Source of the DNA: Amoebophrya sp. A120
Taxonomy: Eukaryota; Protista; Dinoflagellata
Reading direction: 5' to 3'
Assembly: GCA_905178155.1 (NCBI GenBank)
Contig: CAJINV010000004.1
Location: 558,609-622,608 of the forward strand
Length of the DNA stretch: 64,000 nucleotides
A model generated the notes under the pieces. It was not told the DNA's origin. It saw only the letters and a program-made list of their open reading frames with translations, and searched no databases. A program made the translations under genes and the position numbers. Positions within the stretch are counted from its first letter, which is position 1, and every line of letters begins with the position of its first letter. Below are positions 22,619 to 34,600 of this stretch, in pieces.

Positions 22619-23872
22619 GGGAGAAGATAGTGCCGCTAAGAAAAAGACGAGCAATAATATCAACATCCGGGGCACCAAGTGCTCGAGCTCGCTCACTGAC
22701 ACTGGAGAGCTGAGTCCTACAATCTCCAACGATATAATCCACCTGTGGCAGTAGAATCAGAAAGTCTCATCTGGCACAAAATGAAAAAGAACATGATGCA
22801 GCAGAAGTGGAAGTGGCAGCTAGAAGACGAGCATCAAAGAAGTCCTAAAAAAATACATTAAGGCTATACTTTGCACTACTTTTTTCACTTTACATACAAC
22901 TATCGGATCACGTCCATGTCGCATGTGGCGACGATACCAGATGCAGATGGAATAAATTGTCCAGAAATCTAACGATGATCAAGAAAGAAGTGATTTGCAG
23001 ACCATAATTGAAATTGAATTTAAAACCAGAACAAAAAATATACAATGCTTTTATCAGATACAGATTCATTATCTCAACTAACAAAGAAAATTATCCGAGA
23101 ATACAGCCATCATGCTGATGTTTTTTATGAAAAATGTTTCAGCCACAAAAATGTTGTGGATAAAGATATTGCCGAAAGAACAAACGCATTGAAAGAGGAT
23201 CAAATTCCTTGAAATGTCATGTACAATGTTTACAGCGTAAAAGATATTCAAACAAAAACGGAACTTTTTCATGCATGCCAGGTGCCCGTAGCTCCTATGC
23301 TTGTGCTTCAATGGGTAAAAAACGAGCACAAAAAATGCAAAGACGGCACAGTAGGTGCAGGGTGAAAATCCATTGGGTCAGTATTCCCCTTCGCAGTTTC
23401 GTTCTTCTCTTGAAGCTGGAGCTGCAATAAGTACAAAAACAAATCGTTGGCCGCAAAAATGATCGCTGTCGTTTTCATTTCTGGAAGGTGCATCAGGGGG
23501 CGACTATCAGAGACCGCAATACGTAGTTGTGTAGAGGTACTAAAAACAACTCGCGGCCAGGGATGCAGCTACAGAAATGGAACACAGGAGGACGAGTGCG
23601 CGTCTGCGCGATAAGTTTAAATGATTTCTGTTTGTCACGGCGGGGGGTTCGGTGCTGATGAGATACTGTCGACTGCGCGCTCATACTTATCGTGATTACG
23701 ACAACGAGAGTAAATTGATGAAATTGTATGAAAGAAAAAGAGACAGAGAGCGATCAATGCGCCGCAAAATTAGGCACGGGTCAAAAATTTGCGCAGCTCA
23801 AATCAGCACCAGCACAAAAAACGAAAGTATTTGCTTCTTAATTTTTTTGGCTGCAGTTCTGAAGAGCGTTGG

Positions 23873-25269
23873 ATGCGATGCTCTGCGTCCAATATGTGGG
23901 CTGACGAGCAGCAAGTACTCCCGTCTGTTCATATTTTCTCCAAAGTATTGACTTGCCAGCATGCAACGGGGGCCGGCTGTCAGCAGCAGCAGCTCCTGCA
24001 GCCTGCCGGCCTCAACGAACAGGAACAGGGACGACCAGCAGCTGCAAGATCAGTGCCATCAAGTACGTCTTCAAAATTCATCCAGGATTACGAGCGGCGG
24101 TGTGGTCCTTATGAATTACAAATATGACAGGGTGTAGATCTCTGTGTGATGCGAAATGTAACGTAAGTAGCAATAGCTGTACATCACCAAGATCTGTATG
24201 GCAAGAGGGGGACTTCCACGTCTGGGCAGTTTTTTTGTAGTGGTGCAGGGACGCACTGATTTGTATGTAATCTTACCACACAACCAAATTCGCCATGAAA
24301 TTATTATCTGCAAAACTTGTGATGCGTTTTTGCCGTCGTACAAATAAACAAAGGCCGCATTGCCATGCAAGGCTCCGCATAGTGGCAGGTGGTCACGTTC
24401 ATGATGTTTTTTCCAGACCTCCACCCAGACATGTTTGCATTTGATTGCCGCGCAAAAGAATCGTCCTCCATGTGGTCGAGGGCAACCAAGGCTCGTGCTG
24501 CGTTTCAGGAACCTTTCTACTCGCGCAACGTCTTCAACATCGGTGGAGCTGGAGGCTACATACGCATTGCAAATTTTGATTCCCGTAGTACACGATTTTG
24601 TACGTCAAAATGATACAGACAACGTTCTCGCTAAGAACGTAAACAAAGCGTGAAGAAACTTGTCATGCTGAACAATTTTAGCTTTGCATACGAATTTTGA
24701 TGATGTTTTCAACAGGAGTAGAAACTTTGTCACGCGTTGACACCGTTCGGACGCAACATCGTGTGCGATACAATTACTGTGGATACTGTAGGCAGATCAC
24801 CTGTGCTCTGCGGGGAGGTGGAGATGATGATGAAGAGGTGCCCACCAGAAAAATCGCAACCATCCAGGACAACCACGACAACATCGCGAAAATCTACCGT
24901 GGAGCCCGACGCTCTTCCCAAGAAACCTTATCCCGGAAAAATCGGAGGCGTATTGCACACCCCGCGCGGTTCAAGAAGCAAGAGCTGTTTCATCAACGTC
25001 GGAACCACCTTGCAAGGACGCCGCGGCGTCGGAATGAAAAAGACAGGAAAGGAGCGAAAGCGACTCTACTTTCCATCAACTGGGTGCATCGCAAAAGTGC
25101 AAATGCAAAAAAAGAGACAGCACGACGACGCACAGGAGGAGGACGAAAGTGGTGCTTCAGTCCGCGCATCGGCAGCTTCTTGTTCACGAACAAGCGTACT
25201 AAAGCCGGGCAACGATTATCTGGAAAAATGGAAAATGAATGTAAAAACTCCAAGCGGCTTTGCTTTTGA
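23873..25269 (+). CDS. Possible small gene, or upstream part of gene 3 (contains CGYC); structure unresolved
   Basis: Removing two degenerate introners (24110-24446 and 24561-~24737) joins ORF pieces ...ERRCGP|AKESSSMW...GGAGGY|TVRTQHRVRYNYCGYCRQITC...; start and end are uncertain. Confidence 0.3.
24110..24446. mobile_element. Introner, degenerate A
   Basis: TATGAATTACAAATATG... / ...CCCAGACATGTTTGCATTTGATT. Confidence 0.6.
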
Positions 25270-25600
25270 TTACAGAAGTAGACCTCAAGAAGCGAAACTG
25301 CGAAACGAGGAGGACATCGCGCAAAGAGCTTCCCAGAGAAGCCCGAACATCCACGACCCGCAGTATTATGGCGCTCTTTCGCGGACATGGACAAAAACAT
25401 CAACGGCCAGCTGTAAGCTTCGCTGCTGCAAGAAGAGATCCACTAGTACAACGAGGACCTCCACACGGCAGCACCAGGTAAAGGAGCGGCGAAGCAAAGC
25501 AAAGCTTGCCACGACTCCACCCTCTGCTGGTTGTCCACCTGCAGATTCTTACGCGGTTGTAAAGGATTCGATTGTGAAAAATTTTCTGAAGGCCAAGAAA

Positions 25601-28600
25601 GTGAGGAAAAGCATCAAAGCAATTTCGTCGCTTTACCTGCTCCTGTCCGGCGCAACGATGCTGCAGAGCTCTTTTGCCGTCGTTCTTCAACACCCGGAAG
25701 ACGACGCGGCAGAGGACTTTGGCGTATTCATTGCACAAGCATCGTAACTGGTAGAGCACAAACTGGATTAGGATTAGGATTTTAGTTACTCTTACAAATT
25801 TTCTCAGTATGGAAAATCAGCAAAATGGAGTTTGTCATTCTGGTTTACCTCGAGAAGGACAAGGAGATAGATTTGCCATGCCTATCCACAATGAAAGCAA
25901 TGCGAGTGCGATACTTTTGCAGTGGATACGGGGCCAAGTTTTTTGAGAACGTGCTCGACGAGGAGAGCTATTCGCCCACGACGACTGGCGGGTCTTCAAT
26001 TGATGCCGGCAGTCTCGCTTTCGACCAGCAAAGCTCCGACGATGTCAGCCCCGACCCCCCCTACTCTCTGCTGCAGCAGCAGTGGTCGAGTGGTGGGAGG
26101 AAGCCACATGAAAATTTGAACTTGCTCAGCATTCAAAACCAAGCGAAAGCTAGCGGCGCTACTTCGGTTGAACAAACATCAAGCGAAAGGACAAGTAGAA
26201 CTGCTGCAGCCTCGGAAAGGAGCAAAGCAGAGATGAAAACTTCTACTGCTGCAGCGCAAGAGCAGACCGAAATAAACAAGAAGCGAACAGCAGCGAAAGA
26301 CGAGCAAGATCCGGCGGAAGTGGGTGGCTTTGAAGCAGATCAACAGCCTTCTAGTAGCGTCCCTTCCGCCGTAGAGCTACCAAGTGCTCCTTCCTCTGCG
26401 GCATTATCTCCAGGACTGCTCGGATTGGAAGCTGAGACCTACGAGGGGGAGGGTGGAGGACTGGGGATGTCTAGCGGGATGTTCAATGTCACGGCTGGCT
26501 CAAACAGCACGTCGACGTCTACCAGCACGTCAACAACTACTACGACCACAACCTCGACGACAACATCGACGTCGACCACCACCTCGACCACGACCACGAG
26601 CAGCACCACAACGTCGACCACGACGACAGACAGCTACCTCGGGCAGAACGGACAGGCGACGGTCGCACTCGGCTCCGTGCCCGTCGCAACGATTGCCCAG
26701 AAAACGCCCACCGGGGTCGGGTTTACCACGGTACTGGCGCCCAATGCGTTCGCCGGACAGGTCGTGACTGCTGCGGCAAGTGCAGGAGGAGCAGCGGGAC
26801 AGCCGCAACAGCAGCAACAGGGCGCCAACACCCAAAATAGCCCGCAGATGGCGCAACAGCAGCAGCAGCAGCCAGGATCTTATGGTATGCAGAACTCCAT
26901 GGGAGCTGCTGCTGGCACCGGAGCCGGTGTTGGCGGTCCAGCAACGCCGGGAAGCAGTATGCAGAACAGCATGGCCGCGAATTATCCTGCTCCGAACTCT
27001 GCCAATTCTGCTGGGCCAAATGCGGCCGCAGTTGCTGGAGCACCTGGTGCTTCGCCTTCGTCAGGGCAGTACCAGTACAGTTCTTCGGGGACGCTGTCTG
27101 CATCTCCCGCTGCCGGAGGTCAGGGAGGAACCACGTACTCACAATCCGGGACGACTACGATAAATGCAGGAAACGGAGGAGCTGGGGCCACGGCGACCGG
27201 AGCCGCCGCAAGCAACCCCACGACGACGACCGGCCAGCCGCAGTACTTTGGCAGCCCCTCAAGTAGTCCAGGAGCGGCGAGCGCCGGACCTGGTAGCGCT
27301 CCACCTTCAGCGATGGGCAATGCAAACAACAAGAATTTACCCCTCGCCTACTCTGGGGCGAACCCTAATACAGGTGGACCGGGATCGACGTCAAATGCCG
27401 GTGGTTCTGCTGCTGGGACCGGCGGCGCACAGCAATCGCAGCAGCTGTCAGGACAGGCACAAACAACCGCTTCCGCGACTACAACGGCTGCAACGACGTC
27501 GAAAAGCTCTAGTGGAAAAACAGCAAGCTCGACAACCAGCACCACGAGCACGACGACAAGCACGACTACGGTGTCGACCACTCCGAACGCGACGTCTCTT
27601 TTGCAGCCCCTTGGTATTTATGCAGTGCAAATATGGTTGGGTCTGGAAAGAATGGAATATTTGTGATGCCAACTCTCGATCATACCAAAATTTGTATTGC
27701 TTTCCTTTCGCAGCAGAAGGTACTACGCGGATTCCTGCTGCCGGAGAAGGCATTTCTAATGCAGAATAGGCAAGTAGAGAAACAGAAATCATTCGCAAAA
27801 CCTCTACTCCTGAAAGAGCATGCATTACAGACATCGGAGGTCATGCAAGATTTGCATGACAGAGGTGAGTCAGCCAACCTGCAGGACGCAGAAATATTTG
27901 CAATCCATAGTACTCAGCACGAGCGCGACGTGTACGATCGGATTTTTTACTCCCAGTCCGTGGCGGCCTTGCCGACCGAGGTGGTGTTTTTCGGCCCCGA
28001 GGGGCTGGATGTCTGCGGCACGGTGTCTTCCTCGCTCTCCCAGGAGGAGTGCGAGAAACAGAAATTCATCAACGGGGAGCCGCTGCATTGGGAGGGCGTG
28101 GTGCGGATGGACAATTTTCCCCCGGGCTATGCCTTGTAAAATCCGTATCGTGCTACTAGTACTAGCTGTAGTTGTAATTTTCGCACTTCTGTAAATTTGC
28201 CAAGCATGAGCATGAAGACCACAAGCGGAATTATTTGGTATGCCGAGCTCGGTCAGATGAAACCAGATTTGTCGATGCAAAAATATTGCATACGATTTTA
28301 ATTACGACGAGTACGATCCAATTTTTGCAGAGGATACGGACTGCGGGTGGTTAATTCCGCCGAGTCAGACGCATAAGATCCTGTACTATAACCAAGGCGT
28401 GTCGCAAAACAGCACCACCTCGGCCGGGCTCGGAATCCCGCCGAAAAAAAAGTCGCTCGCGAGCCACCTGCAGAACGGGCTGGTGTGCAAGTTACCGGTG
28501 AAAGAGGTGCTGAAACGAAAGGAGATGGAGCACAAGACCGAGCAGGAGCAGCTGAACAAGAAGCAGCAGCGCGCGGAGGCAATGGACAAGCAAACGCAGC

Positions 28601-31600
28601 AGCAGCAGGAGGTGCAACAGAAATTGCAGGACGACCAGAAAAAGCAGCTTGAAATGACGCAGAAGGAGGTGACGAACAAGCAGAGCGACCGTATGAAGCA
28701 GGTCAAAGAAATTTTGGACAAAAAGGGGGAAACCGACACGCAAGCCGATTCGGAGATCGAGGCCTTGAAAAAGCAAAGGGCAGAGCTTATGGTGTGATTC
28801 TCAGCTGGAACCATCTCCCATGGAGCATGATTTTGTGATGAAAACGAAATGCCGAGGATGACCTGTCATCTACACTGCCATGGAGCGTAGCATGGCAAAT
28901 CTCTTCGCCTTGACATCCAAGAGCCCGCATTGACAGCTATCCCCTTCGCATCGATTTAGTCGTGCGCAGCTGAAGCACACGGAAGCAGCTGCAAAGAAAC
29001 TTTTCTGCTTGTGCCCCTTAATCCATGCAAGACAAATTTACGTATTGTGCTCTACATTTTTTTTGTCGGTTCAAGATGAGATTGTTTCAGCTGAGCAGGG
29101 CATAAAACTGGAGGAAAAAGCAGCGCTTGAGAAAGTAAAAGCGATGGCGGCCAAGGCACACGAGGAAAAATCCAAAGAAGAATGGATGAAAAACAAACGT
29201 AGTGACTTTTGTACTTCTTGTTAACTCGATTTGATGAAAAATCTTGGTCATGCTACTCCCTGTCCCTTGTTTACAGGAATCGCAATGACTTTTTGCGTCT
29301 TTTTGTCAATGTTTTCATTCCGGGACCACGAGCTTCATCCATCATCAACATTGTCTACTCATATTATTGACCGCGCGCAATTATATCAAACAGAAAACCT
29401 CGCGGCGAAGTCGCAGGAGATGAAGGCCTTGACAAATTTAGCCCGGAAGCAGGAGGAAGAAACGCTGAAGGAGCAGCGCATGATGGAGAGCACTATGAAA
29501 TGCAAAAATGTCTGGGTCAGTCTCAGTCTGGAAGGATTCGACCTTGTGATGCTGTCTTTGGATTCCAAAAAAGTCTGTATTGCATGACCAGCAAAAGGAG
29601 TCCAGTTTGTGCTACGCGGAGAGGGCATTTCTCATGCGGAATAGGCATCAGGAAGCCTTCTAAAAGTCTGTGATGCTAGGTCATGCATGACAGGCATCAT
29701 GGATCATGCAAAACATGCATGACAAACCTGGCACTCTTCCAGACCCAGACATTTTTACGATCCATAAGCACGCAGAAGACGCAAATGCGGTCCAACGAGA
29801 ACGACCAGAAAGTGCAGACGCGGCTAGATGAGATCGCTACCAAGGAGCAGATATGCATTTTCGCAAGACAAGTATCATACTGCTAGGAATAACTGCACTG
29901 CAACTTGTAAAGAATTCTACGCAAGAACGAGATATCAGAGCGGCACGGGCACTTGCTTGTCCTGGTTTAGGGAGCTGCAGAGAAGATTTGTGATGGAAGA
30001 TTGCAAGAGTTCCGACGCGTGTGATGCTGTATTTGCAAAAATCCATAGCACATGAAAAAGCGCGCCGAACAAAACAGCAAAGCCACGAGCGTGGTGCAGG
30101 TGAAGCTCCAAAAGGAGGAAGAGACCAACGAGAAGGACACGAAGAGTGTGCAAAACGACCTGAAGACAAAAGAAGAAAAGAACAAGGAAACCTTGGCGAA
30201 ATCCATCCAAAAGAAGCAAACCGCCGAAGCGCAGTCGAAGCAAGCGGTCGCTGCGCTGGAAAAATCCATGCAGCAGCAGGAGTCGGTGGATAAACAAAGT
30301 ATTCGGGACGCGATCAAACGGAAGAATCAAGCGGAAGTGGATGATAAGGATCAACTGAAGACGACGGAGGATATGATCCTGTGCATAAGTATAATCGTAT
30401 TAAGTAGTAGCAAAAATAGCATGACAAATTTCATAGTCAGCAGGAGAAATGCAATGTGTAATGCGTATTTGCCTTGAGAAAGAGATATATGAATGCGATT
30501 AGTACGAGTGCAATACTTGTGCAATTCATAGAGGAAGACAACAAACAGAAGCTGAAGGCCAAGGAGACCGCGACCAAGGCAAAGATGAAACAAGCGGAGC
30601 AAGACCAGAAGACGAAGATGAAGGACACCGAGACGGGCTACAAGGAAAGTCAAAACACCACCGAAATGAAGATGAAGCAGGTATCAAATGCAAAAATGTC
30701 GGGGTCTGGAAGAGCCAAACTTGTGATGCTGCATTTGGATGCCAAAAAAAGCTGTATTGCATGCGCATGCATGTTGACCAGCAAGAGGATTCAAATTTGG
30801 CTACCTGTCATGCTGGTCGCGGAGAGGGCATTTGTCATGCTGGATGCGCATAGATAAGCGCTCAAAAAATCTGTGATGCTATGGCATACATCACAGAAGT
30901 CATGGATCATGGAAAATGTCCACGACAAAGTTGTGCTCTTCCAGACCCAGACATTTTTGCATTTGATGACAGGCAGAAGAGGACGACAAGGAGCGCATGA
31001 AGGTCACGGAAGAGGGATACAAGCAAAACATCACCTATGGGGTTCTCAAACGTTACATTCTCAACTGTTACATGGATTTGTGACGCAAGAATGGCAACAG
31101 TCAAAGGGACAAGCTTGCTGCTTTCGCATCACAGATTTGGTACAGATTTAGATGCTGCCCAGCCTCTCGGAGATTTGTCATGCGAAGCAGCTTGATCACG
31201 TGGCGGCTTAAGGTAGTCTTGCATTACAGATTCATGTAACAGTTGAGAATGTAACGCTTGAGAACTCCATATCACCTTGTCCATGAAGCGCACAGAGGAG
31301 CTGAACAAGGAGCAGTACAACACCATCGACGAGTATAAAAGGAAAAATGGCGGGTTGGTGTGACGTTTTTGAATTTTTAGGAACAGCATCTTCACAGACT
31401 TTTTTTGCATGAGAAAGAAACCTGTCTTCACATGCGTCGTTTCCTGGACATTAGAGTCAAAAATACGTACGACTACGAAACTAGCCCACGATGCATTTGT
31501 TCCAGCACGATGATACAAGTGTAGTAACCTCCGTTTTGCGCCGTCAACAACTGCAACACAATAAAGTTACACTTGCTCGGTTTTTTTCTGCCATAACCAG

Positions 31601-34600
31601 ATGCGGCAGAACATGACCTACAGCCACCACGCAAAAATGATCGCGGAGGAGTACGACCTCCTCAAACGTTACAATCTCAAACGTTCCAATAGAGTCTGGA
31701 TTTTGTCTTGCATGAGATTGAGAAGCATGAGACACGTGCATAGCCTTGCGCTTTTCGCAATACAAAGCTCGCCGGATTTGAGCGCGATTTGGGGCTCCAA
31801 GACTTGTCATGCGCAATCCTGTAGGCGGACTACCACCTAGGCTAAGTCATGCCTTTCTTGCGTCACAGATTTCTGTAAATTCTTTTGCAATGTAGACTGT
31901 AACAGCTGAGCAAGTGATAGGGAGCAACGCGACAAGGCGGTCGGGAGACAGGTGCAGGAGCGGCTGACCAATATCGGGAAAAGCTTCAGCTACCGGCTTG
32001 CCTGGCACCGCAACCACAGCAGCAGTCTGGCGATGAAATATTTCAAGGAGATGGCGGACTGGCAGCAGATGGAGGCGGAAACCCGGGAAAAGCTGGCCTA
32101 TCGGACCAGGAAAAGCACCCGATCACAGCAAGAACGAGCGACAGTTTATCAGAATGAGTGATGCAGTTGCAGATGCAGACCGAAAATACGGGAACAAAAA
32201 TTGAAATTCAGAGTCGCGCATGTAGTAGCATTTCGTTTTGCAAGTTTTGTTAACGAAACGCGCATGGAAGTGAGTACTCTGTATACATAGAAATATCTTC
32301 TGAAACAGAACCAAGAAACCACCGATCCATTCGCAGTGGGCACTGCAACGACCATCTTGATCTTGCGTAATAATGATAAGCAGAGTTGTACTACTGACGA
32401 GACGATCATGATCCACTAAGTCAGCCCTCAGCTTGACTACAAATCACCGCTATGATTGCTGGTGCTTTTCGCTCTGATATTTCCGCAGTATCCGCGAACG
32501 CCTCGATGGCGCAACAGGTGGAGGCAGAGAAGAAAGAAGAAAACCGAAAAGTCCTACTAGGTATAATTGAGTTGTATATATAGCGTCACTGCACTACTTT
32601 CTCAATACTAATCTTTATGATAGATCATGGAAGTGAGACGAGTGGTGTGAAACAGCACGAAGCTCAACATGTGAAGGTGAAAGCAAAGCTGAAGCTCAAA
32701 CAAGATAAGTACAACTTGGTGTTCTACTCCTGTTCGAATCCAAAGCAGCGAGCTGTGATCGTGCCGCTTTTACCATATTTCCGAGTAGACGATCTTCCGC
32801 AGGAAGAAAAATTCCTCGTGGTTCATTGAAATTGAAAAAAACGCAGTATCAAGAGAAGGAACAAAATCATCACGAGAAGTACAATCAATCGTAAAAATCT
32901 ATCAATCGTCAGAGCTTCAGGAGAAAACTACCGCGGAAGATAAGGAAAAGACCGACTTGGAGGTAAAGCGAAAAAAGCAGTCCAAGGCGAAGCAGTCTAT
33001 CGTACGAAAAAAGTGTTTCACTGTAAGGATTTTGCAAGTTTTGCATCACAACTTCGTTCTACCAAGTTTGTTCTACATGACAGAGAAAACTTGCCATGCG
33101 AGGTTCCTAAGGGAAAACACAGCTACAAATCGACTGTCTTGCATGTGTCGCAAGACAAACACTTCTGAGTATACATTTTCTGCATTACAAGTTTACAGCG
33201 AAACAGTTTTTTCTTGCGATACAGTCCGCAAAGCGCGCAATCTCGATTCTCGCCGACATGATGAAGAAACATGCGCAGGGGCTGGTCGACGACAAGACGC
33301 TGAAAAAGGCGGAAATGGACAAAAAAGAGAAAGAGGGCGCAGTTTTATGATCCCGGAGAAAAGAAACGATAGCATTTCGACGCAAAATATGAGTTTGTAA
33401 TGGAAGAGTAAACAACACGATCGCAAAAGCTACATCGACCTTGTTGCGTTGCATACTCTAAGCAGCAGGATGTTCTGACTGTGTGCTTTCCCATGTTGGC
33501 ATTCTTTTTTGCGTGTGGCTTGTTTTTTTCTGGCGAATCGATTGTCGAGTGACCTGCTTAGTTTTTTTCTGTGCGATACGCTTCGCGGTGGGTAAAGGAT
33601 ATGGCGTCGATGATCACGGGCAAACCGAATATCAAATGTAAAAATGTCTGGGTCTGGAAAAATGCAAGTTTGTCATGCTTGTCTGGCATGACTCTTAAAT
33701 CTGTCATGCACATTACCAAAGAGTCCCACTTTTCTGTCATGCAGAAACGTAGTTTGTCATGCAGAATAGGCAGCACCTAGAAGCTCAGGAACTTGTCATG
33801 CTGATCCAGCAATTGTGGCCTCCTCATGATATGCCACACAGCATCACAAATTTCCAGACCCAGACACTTTTACACTTGATACCCAATAAGCAGCGGCAAC
33901 TGGAGATAACCGTGAAAGAAGAAATATGGCGTTCTCAACTGTTACATTCTCAACTGTTACATGGATTTGTCATGCAAAAGCACCACTATCATCCTCACGA
34001 TCAAGCTGCTTCGCATGACAAATCTGCGGAGGGCTAAATAGCACTGTAATCCTTCCCAAATCTGTAATGCAAAAGGCGCAATCTTCCTCCTTTCACTATT
34101 GCCCTTCTTGCATTACAAAGTCGTGTAACAGTTGAGAATGTAACATTTGAGAACGCCATAAGAAAAACGCGTGAAAGAATCCGCTGCCAACTACACCATC
34201 GCTGCTCGGGCGGCCTACAAGGCGGAGATCTTGCAGAAGCAGCTGCAGGAAAAGCAGACGAAGCAGCTGTCGCGGACTCTTGAAACTTTGAAGAAATCGG
34301 AGCTCGAAAAGGGCACAAAACTGAAGGGCCTCGCCGAATCGAAGCAGAAGGAAACTGCGCAGCAAGCAGAGACCCTGGAAAAATCCGAGGACGAAGCGAG
34401 TCAGAAGCAGCTGCAGCGCAACACGCAACTGCAAGCGCAATTGGCGACGGAGGAGAATATGAAGCAGACGCTGGGTGGGTTGCAGACCCCGGGAAGCAGC
34501 AGTTTCAACCCGCAGCTGGCCGCGAAAATTGCGAGCTCGAGCGTGCTGACACAACCGATAAAAGCGCTGGCATCGATACTGAAAAACGGGGGTAACCCCA